This document shows, piece after piece, positions 1 to 7,995 of a stretch of DNA of 26,078 nt (the stretch's first letter is position 1; each line of letters begins with the position of its first letter). The notes under the pieces are model-generated. The model made no database searches. It saw only the letters and a program-made list of their open reading frames with translations, and was not told the DNA's origin. The position numbers and the translations under genes are program-made. The DNA comes from a virus (taxonomy: Duplodnaviria; Caudoviricetes), in IMG/VR virus record IMGVR_UViG_3300042314_000240, positions 1 to 26,078 of that record. One strand, 5' to 3'.

Positions 1-10
1 AAATTATAAG

Positions 11-478
11 ATGGACCAAATATTTGCCAACCATAAGCATTGGATTAGAATCGTCGAAAAGTTCGGTGGTCGTCATTATGCGGAGGACATTGTTCAAGAG
101 GCATACATTAAGGTTTTGAAATTGAACAAAGAAATCAATGAGGCATATTTTTATTTCACATTGCGGAGTTTGACGATGCAATTGCACAAGCACAACGTCG
201 TAAAGGTTGAAATTACAAGTGAAATTGAATACGAATTGGTTGACGAAGAATACGAAGACTTTACATTTGAGAAAATAAAACCATACATTGATTTAATTAA
301 TACATGGCCGGAATACGACAAATTATTGTATTTGTGTTGGGTCCGGCAAAACATTTCAATACGCAAATTATCCCGCGAAATCGGGATTTCATTTGATTCA
401 GTTTATCACACAATAACAAATTGTAAAAAGCGAATAAAATTATGGCAAGACCAAGAAAAGACAACGGCACGACCGTAA
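11..478 (+). CDS. Phage-encoded sigma-70/ECF-like RNA polymerase sigma factor
   Basis: Region-2-like motif YAEDIVQEAYIKV and C-terminal region-4 HTH (SIRKLSREIGISFDSVYHTI); 155 aa. Confidence 0.75.
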   Translation: MDQIFANHKHWIRIVEKFGGRHYAEDIVQEAYIKVLKLNKEINEAYFYFTLRSLTMQLHKHNVVKVEITSEIEYELVDEEYEDFTFEKIKPYIDLINTWPEYDKLLYLCWVRQNISIRKLSREIGISFDSVYHTITNCKKRIKLWQDQEKTTARP

Positions 479-858
479 AGCATGAGCCAATTGAACCGAT
501 TAAATCGGAGGGATTAGGCGACACAATCGAGAAAATCACAAAGGCGACCGGAATAAAGGCGGCGGTTGAATTATTTTCAAGCGTAACCGGTTTGGATTGC
601 GGATGTGACGAACGCAAAGAAACGTTAAACAAATTATTTCCTTATCGAAGGGTAAATTGTTTGTCCGAACAAGATTACGGATATTTGAAGGATTTCTTTT
701 CGGAAAATCGGGGCGAGATTTCGGTGATTGTTCAACGTGAATTGTCGGCAATTTACAAACGAATCTTTGAAATCGATTTAGAACAAACGTCATGCGCGTC
801 ATGTTGGCGCGACTACATTGGGCAAATTAGGAAAATTTATAATGAATATGGAAGTTAA
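442..858 (+). CDS. Hypothetical phage protein with CGC and CxxC motifs (possible Zn-binding)
   Basis: GLGDTIEKITKATGIK...DCGCDERK and SCASC motifs; overlaps the sigma gene and precedes the terminase. Confidence 0.6.
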   Translation: MARPRKDNGTTVKHEPIEPIKSEGLGDTIEKITKATGIKAAVELFSSVTGLDCGCDERKETLNKLFPYRRVNCLSEQDYGYLKDFFSENRGEISVIVQRELSAIYKRIFEIDLEQTSCASCWRDYIGQIRKIYNEYGS

Positions 859-1105
859 AAAAGGAGGCAAGCGCGAAGGAGCAGGGCGCAAACCAAAAGC
901 GGAAGAACAATCGTTGATTGAAAAATTAACACCGTTGGAGCCAAAAGCATTTGAGGCATTGACGGCGGCAATAGAGGACCACAAAGATTGGGCGGTCAAA
1001 TTGTTTTTCCAATATAAGTTTGGAATGCCAAAGCAGGTCATTGACCAAAACACTACACACACAATGAATGACTTTGATATCAAGGACATCGTGAATTTCA
1101 AATGA
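842..1105 (+). CDS. Putative terminase small subunit
   Basis: Small protein with N-terminal GGKREGAGRKPK; stop overlaps the large-subunit ATG (ATGA). ATG at 842 or 848 is preferred over TTG 818. Confidence 0.55.
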   Translation: MNMEVKKGGKREGAGRKPKAEEQSLIEKLTPLEPKAFEALTAAIEDHKDWAVKLFFQYKFGMPKQVIDQNTTHTMNDFDIKDIVNFK

Positions 1106-2313
1106 TAACAATCAATAAAAAGTACATTCCACTTTTTAAAAACGATTCACGTTATTTCGTGATTACGGGGGGAAGGGGTTCGGGCAAATCATTCGCCATG
1201 AATTCCTTTCTTTTGCTTTTGACGTATGAAGTGGGTCATGTTATCTTATTCACCCGATACACTTTAGTTTCGGCCCACATATCAATCATTCCGGAGTTTG
1301 TGGAGAAAATTGAAATGGCTGAATTACACGACGACTTTTATATTACAAAAGACGAAATCGTAAATAAGCAAACCGGTTCCAAAATTATATTCAAGGGAAT
1401 CAAGACATCAAGCGGAACGCAGACCGCAAATCTGAAATCACTTTCGGGGGTCACAACATTCGTATTAGACGAGGCGGAAGAATTGGTTGACGAAGACGTT
1501 TTTGATAAAATTGATTTATCGGTCCGTAATAACACAAAACAAAACCGCGTCATTCTAATTCTTAACCCGACAACAAAGGAACATTTTATTTACAACCGTT
1601 TCTTTGAACAACGTGGAGTTGATGCGGGAGAGACCACAACAAAGGGCGACACGACGTACATTCATACGACGTACCTTGATAATGCCGAATACCTTTCGCA
1701 ATCATTCCTGAATCAAGTGGAGGCATTAAAGGAACACAACGCGAAGAAATACGAACACACGATTTTAGGCGGGTGGCTTGACAAAGCCGACGGTGTGGTT
1801 TTTACCAATTGGAAATTTGGTTCATTCAATCCCGATAAATTACAAACGTCATTTGGGCAAGACTTTGGATTTTCGATTGACCCAACGACATTGGTCGAAG
1901 TGGCAATTGATAAAAGCAAGCGGATAATCTACGTCAAGGAACATTTGTATAAGCCCAAATTGACGACTACGGAAATAGCGACCATCAACAAAACGGTATG
2001 CGGTAAAAACCTAATTATTGCAGATAGCGCGGAACCACGATTGATTTCAGAATTGCAGTCTCAAAGGTGTAACATACAACCAACGGAAAAGGGAGCCGGA
2101 AGTATTACGGCGGGTATTGCATTGATGCAAGATTACCAAATCATTTTGGACCCCGATTCGGGCAACATTGCAAAGGAATTTAATAATTACATTTATTCAG
2201 ACCGAAAATCGGGATTAGTGATTGACAATTATAATCACGCAATCGACGCAATTCGTTACAATGTTTTTTACCATTTATCAAACCCCAATAAAGGGAAGTA
2301 TTCGATTTATTAG
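1102..2313 (+). CDS. terL: Terminase large subunit (PBSX/SPP1-like)
   Basis: Walker A GGRGSGKS, Walker B FVLDEAEE, LNP motif, nuclease motifs GQDFGFSIDP, ADSAEP and NHAIDAIRY. Confidence 0.95.
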   Translation: MITINKKYIPLFKNDSRYFVITGGRGSGKSFAMNSFLLLLTYEVGHVILFTRYTLVSAHISIIPEFVEKIEMAELHDDFYITKDEIVNKQTGSKIIFKGIKTSSGTQTANLKSLSGVTTFVLDEAEELVDEDVFDKIDLSVRNNTKQNRVILILNPTTKEHFIYNRFFEQRGVDAGETTTKGDTTYIHTTYLDNAEYLSQSFLNQVEALKEHNAKKYEHTILGGWLDKADGVVFTNWKFGSFNPDKLQTSFGQDFGFSIDPTTLVEVAIDKSKRIIYVKEHLYKPKLTTTEIATINKTVCGKNLIIADSAEPRLISELQSQRCNIQPTEKGAGSITAGIALMQDYQIILDPDSGNIAKEFNNYIYSDRKSGLVIDNYNHAIDAIRYNVFYHLSNPNKGKYSIY

Positions 2314-2315
2314 AG

Positions 2316-2344
2316 TACAACAAAAACAATCAAAAACGGTTTAT
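2316..2344 (+). promoter_or_regulatory. Putative late promoter, copy 1
   Basis: TACAACAAAAA-N12-GTTTAT, 5 nt before ATG 2350; the same motif occurs at 12214 and 15651. Confidence 0.65.
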
Positions 2345-2349
2345 AGGTT

Positions 2350-3024
2350 ATGAAATTGGAAATTAATGTGCCGACCAAATTGAGCGAAATCAATTTAGGT
2401 CAATATCAAAGATTTTTAGAGATTAAAGACGAAGGTGACGGAGCGGATTTTGTGAATCATAAGTTGATTCAGATATTTTGTGGGGCCGATTTGGCGATGG
2501 TTTCAAAAATGAGGCAACGTGACATTATTGAAATAGTTAACGATGTTAATAAATTGTTTAAGTCACATCCGTCCCTTATTAATGAATTCGAATTGAATGG
2601 CAAGAAGTTTGGATTTATTCCAAATTTGGACAATATGAGCGCGGGGGAATACATGGATTTAGACCGTTATATTGTTGAACCGCAATTATTACATCGGGCA
2701 ATGTCCGTTTTGTATCGGCCAATTGTTAGAAAATATGGGGACCTATATCAAATTGAAGAATATGATGGGACCGACAAGTGGTGTGAGGCGATGAAAGAAA
2801 TGCCGGTTGACGTAGCGATTTCCGCGATGGTTTTTTTTTATCATTTAGGGAACGAGTTATTGAAAAGTACGACGGTTTATTTGGCGGAGGCAATACGGGG
2901 GAATTCGATTCAAACGCGCAATTCGGCAGACAATGGGGATGGTATCAGTCAATTTACGCGCTTGCAAAAGGAGACATATTACGATTTGATGACGTTACCA
3001 AATTACCAATTAATAAATGCTTGA
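2350..3024 (+). CDS. Putative tail assembly chaperone (0-frame product)
   Basis: 224-aa ORF containing GTT TTT TTT at 2830-2838, followed by an open -1 frame (lambda gpG/gpGT-like pattern). Confidence 0.55.
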   Translation: MKLEINVPTKLSEINLGQYQRFLEIKDEGDGADFVNHKLIQIFCGADLAMVSKMRQRDIIEIVNDVNKLFKSHPSLINEFELNGKKFGFIPNLDNMSAGEYMDLDRYIVEPQLLHRAMSVLYRPIVRKYGDLYQIEEYDGTDKWCEAMKEMPVDVAISAMVFFYHLGNELLKSTTVYLAEAIRGNSIQTRNSADNGDGISQFTRLQKETYYDLMTLPNYQLINA

Positions 3025-3089
3025 TGTATCTTACATTCGAAAAGCAAAAAAATGACTTGGAATTACAAATGATTAAAAATAAAAATTGA
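2832..3089 (+). CDS. -1 frameshift extension of the tail chaperone
   Basis: The -1 frame reads FFLSFRERVIEKYDGLFGGGNTGEFDSNAQFGRQWGWYQSIYALAKGDILRFDDVTKLPINKCLMYLTFEKQKNDLELQMIKNKN*. It is closed upstream by TGA 2808-2810, and its stop overlaps the next ATG (TGATG 3087-3091). Confidence 0.7.
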   Translation, partial: FFLSFRERVIEKYDGLFGGGNTGEFDSNAQFGRQWGWYQSIYALAKGDILRFDDVTKLPINKCLMYLTFEKQKNDLELQMIKNKN

Positions 3090-3562
3090 TGAAAGGCTTT
3101 TATTATGTGATTAATAGATTGAGACAATTCCTTAACAAAGATTTAGGAATTCAATCATTCACAAACGGCAATATGGATAAGATTATTGACCGTAAACAAT
3201 GGATTTATCCTTATGCCCACATAATGGTAAATAGCGTTTCACCGGACGAGCAGGTTTCAACATTTAACGTTTCGGTTATTCTTATGGACATTGTCGACCA
3301 ATCAAAAGAAGAATCGACCGACACGTTTGAAGGTAACGACAACGAGTTGGACGTACTTGACACACAATTAACTTACGCAATAAGATTGTCCGAGCAGTTA
3401 AGACGCGGAACTTTATATTCTGAATTGGTGCAGGTTGAGGGGAACATTAGTTGTGAACCATTTACGGACCGTTTTGAAGACGCGGTCGCGGGGTGGGTGT
3501 TGACATTTGATTTGATTATTCCCAACGAAATGACGATATGCGATGGAGTTGAAAAATGCTAG
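3089..3562 (+). CDS. Putative tail terminator/completion protein
   Basis: Acidic ~157-aa protein with YPYAHI and AGWVLTFDL motifs in a tail context; ATG 3089 preferred. Confidence 0.45.
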   Translation: MKGFYYVINRLRQFLNKDLGIQSFTNGNMDKIIDRKQWIYPYAHIMVNSVSPDEQVSTFNVSVILMDIVDQSKEESTDTFEGNDNELDVLDTQLTYAIRLSEQLRRGTLYSELVQVEGNISCEPFTDRFEDAVAGWVLTFDLIIPNEMTICDGVEKC

Positions 3563-4082
3563 TGAAGTAGTAAAGAAATTTCGCAATTATGTGGTCCAAC
3601 AATCACGAAGTAATTTATCGAGGTTAGGGCGCAACAATACGAATTCTCTTTACAATAGCATCAAGGGAACAATATTGCATGAGAAAAATTATTATTTGGT
3701 TGGGTTCCAAATGATGGATTACGGAAAGTTTGTCGACCAAGGTGTTAAAGGAGCATTTCCGGCATTGGTAAACGGAGTTCAAAAGGCACCAAAAAGCCCG
3801 TATAAATTTACAAACAAAATGCCCCCGCGTAAGCCGTTAATGGATTGGGCAAAACAAAAGGGAATTAGATTAAGGGATAAGGACGGCAAGTTTAAAAAAG
3901 GCGGTTATAATACGCTTGGTTTTTTATTACAAAGGAGCATTTACGCGCAAGGAATAAAACCAAGTTTATTTTTTACAAGGCCATTTGAAAGAGGGTTTAA
4001 AAAGTACATCGAAACCGATTTGTTTAAAGCGTTCGGTGATGACATTGAAGGATTGATTGATTTTAATTTAAAAAAAGTATAA
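3543..4082 (+). CDS. Putative neck/tail-completion protein (HK97 gp10-like)
   Basis: Basic protein with TNSLYNSI, YGKFVDQG and GIKPSLFFTRPF motifs. Confidence 0.5.
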   Translation: MELKNASEVVKKFRNYVVQQSRSNLSRLGRNNTNSLYNSIKGTILHEKNYYLVGFQMMDYGKFVDQGVKGAFPALVNGVQKAPKSPYKFTNKMPPRKPLMDWAKQKGIRLRDKDGKFKKGGYNTLGFLLQRSIYAQGIKPSLFFTRPFERGFKKYIETDLFKAFGDDIEGLIDFNLKKV

Positions 4083-5153
4083 ATGATTATTTACGCACGT
4101 TCCCCGTATTTCGTTGAAATTAATGAGGCAGGACAAGTAGGGTCAAAAGTTGAATTATTGATTTACAACGCACCCAATTCGGTTCCAACAACACCGACTT
4201 ACACGATTGCAAAATCGGCGGCCTCCACGACACAACGGGCCGGTATTTATAATATATCGCCATTTGTTCGTGAGTATATTGACAACATAGTTTCGTCAGA
4301 TTCAACAAACAATCGTTGGTGCAATGTGCGCGTTAATAAATACAAAGAAACGTCGGCGGGTGTTTATTCTCTTGTTCGTTACGACGATTACGCTTGCGTT
4401 GATGGGTACACGAATTACATGGGTGGCTACAATCAGGACGAAGTATTTGGCAGGTGTGCAATTTTAGCGGACGACACAAAGGAAATACAATACCTTTATG
4501 GCAACACGCATTTTATCGACGTTGTTAGTGACATATCATTAGGTGACCGGTTGGACGTAGAATATAGAAGTTTGAACGGCAACAACGCAACAACGGTAAA
4601 CGTTTTACCATCAACAACCCCGACGAAAAAATATATGAACAAAGTAAACGTCACAACAACGTCGCCAAATTACACGAACGGGAACACAATTACGTTTAAA
4701 TATTATGTTGGCGCAACGCTATCTTATTCATCTACATTCCGAGTGGTTCCGATTTGTGAACCCAAATACACACCGGTTGTTTGTTCGTTTATAAACCGAT
4801 TTGGAGGGTGGCAGTTTTTGACGTTTTTTAAGGCGCAGACGAACGCAATTAATGTCACAAGCACAAACTATTCATTGCTACCAAGTTCGGTCAATTACAA
4901 CGTTTATAAGGGCCAAAACAAAGCGTTTAATTTCAATGGAAATCAATCGGTAATTTTAAACACCGGATTTGTTCCGGAAAATTATTCGGATTTGATTCAA
5001 GATTTATTATTGAGCGAAACGGTATTGCTTGACAATAAGCCGGCAACGGTTAAGACACAAGCGACGGATTTAAAGTCGTCATTGAAAGACAATAATATCA
5101 ACTACACAATCGAATTTGAATACGCGTACAACCTTATAAATAACGTTATTTAA
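4083..5153 (+). CDS. Virion structural protein (distal tail/baseplate-like)
   Basis: Beta-rich 356 aa with FINRFGGW motif; TAATG-coupled to the next tail gene. Confidence 0.5.
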   Translation: MIIYARSPYFVEINEAGQVGSKVELLIYNAPNSVPTTPTYTIAKSAASTTQRAGIYNISPFVREYIDNIVSSDSTNNRWCNVRVNKYKETSAGVYSLVRYDDYACVDGYTNYMGGYNQDEVFGRCAILADDTKEIQYLYGNTHFIDVVSDISLGDRLDVEYRSLNGNNATTVNVLPSTTPTKKYMNKVNVTTTSPNYTNGNTITFKYYVGATLSYSSTFRVVPICEPKYTPVVCSFINRFGGWQFLTFFKAQTNAINVTSTNYSLLPSSVNYNVYKGQNKAFNFNGNQSVILNTGFVPENYSDLIQDLLLSETVLLDNKPATVKTQATDLKSSLKDNNINYTIEFEYAYNLINNVI

Positions 5154-7990
5154 TGATTACGACATCAATTTTTATTTACGGAGACGATGGAATTGCGCGT
5201 GAAATCGAATTATTCGAAGACGAAAAGATTTCAATAACGAGTTCAATACAAAATATAAACGACATTTCCAAAATTTATACGGATTTTTCTCAATCGTTTA
5301 CGGTTCCGGCAAGCAAAACAAACAACGCAATTTTCAAGCATTGGTATGAGAATTCGGTTAGCAACGCATTCGACGCGCGGACCCGAAAAAAGGCATACAT
5401 CGAGATTGACACAATCCCGTTTCGTCAGGGCAAAATCCAAATCGAAAAGGCGAATTTTAAGAATGGTCAAATCGACAATTACACCGTGACGTTTTTTGGT
5501 GCATTGGTATCACTTAAAGATTTATTTGCAGGTCGTTTTTTGCGTGAATTCGACTATTCGGAATTTAATTTTGTTTATAGTGGCGCATTTGTTAAAAATA
5601 CAATTACCGAAAATTTAAGTAGGGACGTAAAATTTCCATTAATTACATCAAATAACGTTTGGCAATACACCGGTAATGGTTCATCACAATCAAATTGGGA
5701 CATAAAAAATAATGCAACCCCTATTTATTACAATGACTTATTTCCTGCAATTCGCATAAGTAAAATATTTGATGTAATTGCGTCGCAATTGGGGATTACT
5801 TTTGAAGGCGATTTTTTAACTGACGCCCGTTTTACGTCTTTGTTTTTATGGTTAAAAAACACAGATACTTTTTTGGCAAAATCAATTCCGCAAAAAATAT
5901 TATTTGAAACGGTCACGAGTGTATCAGGGACGCAAAACATTTTTAACACCGAAACAAGTGAATTAAATTATGTAAAACCAACGTCACCGATAAGTTTAAG
6001 ACAATCGCACATTTTAATATCATTTACAACGGCGGGGGTACCTTTTACATTTTATATTTACAAAGACGGATTTAAATTAAGTGAGCAGAATTACGCAACC
6101 GAAACGGACCAAATGTACATTGAAGTACCCTTGGAAAATTCGGGCGTTTATTCTTTTTATATTTCATCAAACACCCCAATAACTTACAATAATTCGGTTT
6201 ATTTATTTGAAACAAGAAATAGGGGAACATTGATAAGTGACGTTACGGCGACACAGATTCAACAACAAACAACATCGTCAAGTTTAAATTTGGCGGAATA
6301 CATGCCGGAAATAAAAGCGGAAGACTTTTTTTCAGGTATTTTAAAAATGTTTAACATAACGTGTTATTCAGAGGACGGCATTAGTTACAATTTAGAACAA
6401 TTAGAAACATATTATTCGAATGGTAATATTTATGACATTACCAAATTTGTAAAATCTGACGACTTTGAGGTTGAGAGGGTAAAACCTTACAAGTCAATTA
6501 ATTTTAAATACCAAGAATGTGAAAACCTTTTGGCGACCGCATTTTTAGGCCAATCGGATATTCCTTACGGTGATTTAAAATACGACCTAATAAATGACGG
6601 CGACGAATATTCGGTTGAATTACCTTTTGAAAATATGCCATTCAGTAAATTCACGAATTCGAATTTACAATTAGGCTATTCAATAAGAAAAGATTTGACG
6701 GCATACATTCCAAAGCCGGTGGTCTTATATCATTACAACGAAATTCAAACGTTAAGTAATAGTCAATCATTCTTTTTTAATGATGGGTCACAGACAACCG
6801 CGTTGACTACTTACAATTTATTTGGTCAAGATGCGATTAAAGACGGGATAATTCACACAATTAATTTTGGAGCCGAACAATCGTCGTTCACAAATCAGGT
6901 CGAATTAAATAGTTTGTTCAATAATTATTATGACGATTATTTATCAAATTCGTTCGATATTAAATCAAGATTGGTCCGCGTAAAGGCAATTTTGCCTCCA
7001 CGTTTATTGTCTAATTTGGCCCTAAATGATAGGCTTATAATTAGGGATAAACGATACATTATAAACACGGCAAAATCAGATTTAAGCACCGGAGAAATTG
7101 ATTTAGAATTAATTACCGATTTGAGAACAATTGTTTCATCGGGAGGCGATACAACTTATTATATTTTAGTTCCATGTAGTGGCGGAGGCGGAAACCTATT
7201 GATTACGACCCAACCGGCAATGGCAAGTCAACGTTATTTGAACAACAACAATGGTATTTATTACTATTGGAATAACCAAACAACGACAACTTTGGGGCCA
7301 ATTGGGAACAACATGTCAGTAATTACGGGTCAAACGGGTTGTCCGGCCTCTACAATTTATTATAAATTAAATCCATGTACCGGTGGCGGCGCATCACTTT
7401 ATGTTACAAGTCAACCACCAATTGCAAGCCAAAGATATTTGGATTCAGTTACCGGAATAAATTACTCATGGGATAATACACAAACAACAACGCCACAAAC
7501 AATTGGCGCAAATTTAAATATTGTTACGGGTCAAACGGGTTGCCCGCCAATTATAACTTATTACAGAATTGTTCCATGTACCGGTGGCGGACCATCTGTT
7601 TACATAACGACGGCACCACCAATTGCAAGTCAAAGATACATTGATTCGATATCGGGAATTAATTACACTTGGGATAATACGTCAACAACAACGACGCAGA
7701 CGGTTAGCAATACGTTGCAAATTGTATCAGGTCAAGGCGGTTGTCCACAAACTACTTATTACCGATTAGAGCCATGCGTATTAGGTTCCGCAACTTACAC
7801 AACTATTGAACCGACAATTGCAAGTCAAAGATTTGTTGATTCGGTTACGTCTTACACATACTATTGGAACAATACGTCAACAACAACGACGCAAATGGTT
7901 AATTTAAACGTTCAAATAGTAACGGGTGAAGCGGGATGTCCGGCAACACCACCGTCAACCACAAGTTCAATTTTCTACACTTTAAAATAA
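5153..7990 (+). CDS. Tail hub/baseplate-like protein with four C-terminal Cys-bounded repeats
   Basis: N-terminal DFSQSFTVPASKTNNAIF motif, late LNDRLII...YIIN motif, and repeats from about 7157. Confidence 0.55.
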   Translation: MITTSIFIYGDDGIAREIELFEDEKISITSSIQNINDISKIYTDFSQSFTVPASKTNNAIFKHWYENSVSNAFDARTRKKAYIEIDTIPFRQGKIQIEKANFKNGQIDNYTVTFFGALVSLKDLFAGRFLREFDYSEFNFVYSGAFVKNTITENLSRDVKFPLITSNNVWQYTGNGSSQSNWDIKNNATPIYYNDLFPAIRISKIFDVIASQLGITFEGDFLTDARFTSLFLWLKNTDTFLAKSIPQKILFETVTSVSGTQNIFNTETSELNYVKPTSPISLRQSHILISFTTAGVPFTFYIYKDGFKLSEQNYATETDQMYIEVPLENSGVYSFYISSNTPITYNNSVYLFETRNRGTLISDVTATQIQQQTTSSSLNLAEYMPEIKAEDFFSGILKMFNITCYSEDGISYNLEQLETYYSNGNIYDITKFVKSDDFEVERVKPYKSINFKYQECENLLATAFLGQSDIPYGDLKYDLINDGDEYSVELPFENMPFSKFTNSNLQLGYSIRKDLTAYIPKPVVLYHYNEIQTLSNSQSFFFNDGSQTTALTTYNLFGQDAIKDGIIHTINFGAEQSSFTNQVELNSLFNNYYDDYLSNSFDIKSRLVRVKAILPPRLLSNLALNDRLIIRDKRYIINTAKSDLSTGEIDLELITDLRTIVSSGGDTTYYILVPCSGGGGNLLITTQPAMASQRYLNNNNGIYYYWNNQTTTTLGPIGNNMSVITGQTGCPASTIYYKLNPCTGGGASLYVTSQPPIASQRYLDSVTGINYSWDNTQTTTPQTIGANLNIVTGQTGCPPIITYYRIVPCTGGGPSVYITTAPPIASQRYIDSISGINYTWDNTSTTTTQTVSNTLQIVSGQGGCPQTTYYRLEPCVLGSATYTTIEPTIASQRFVDSVTSYTYYWNNTSTTTTQMVNLNVQIVTGEAGCPATPPSTTSSIFYTLK
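7157..7942 (+). repeat. Four tandem ~62-67-aa repeats
   Basis: Units start at 7157, 7358, 7559 and 7757; consensus YYxLxPC...ASQR(Y/F)...YxWxNxxTTT...GxxGCP. Confidence 0.9.
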
Positions 7991-7995
7991 AAGAA

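Noticed and set aside
7157-7942. Repeats as a DGR template/variable region pair
   Set aside because: In-frame tandem repeats with differences not limited to adenines; no reverse transcriptase in the window.
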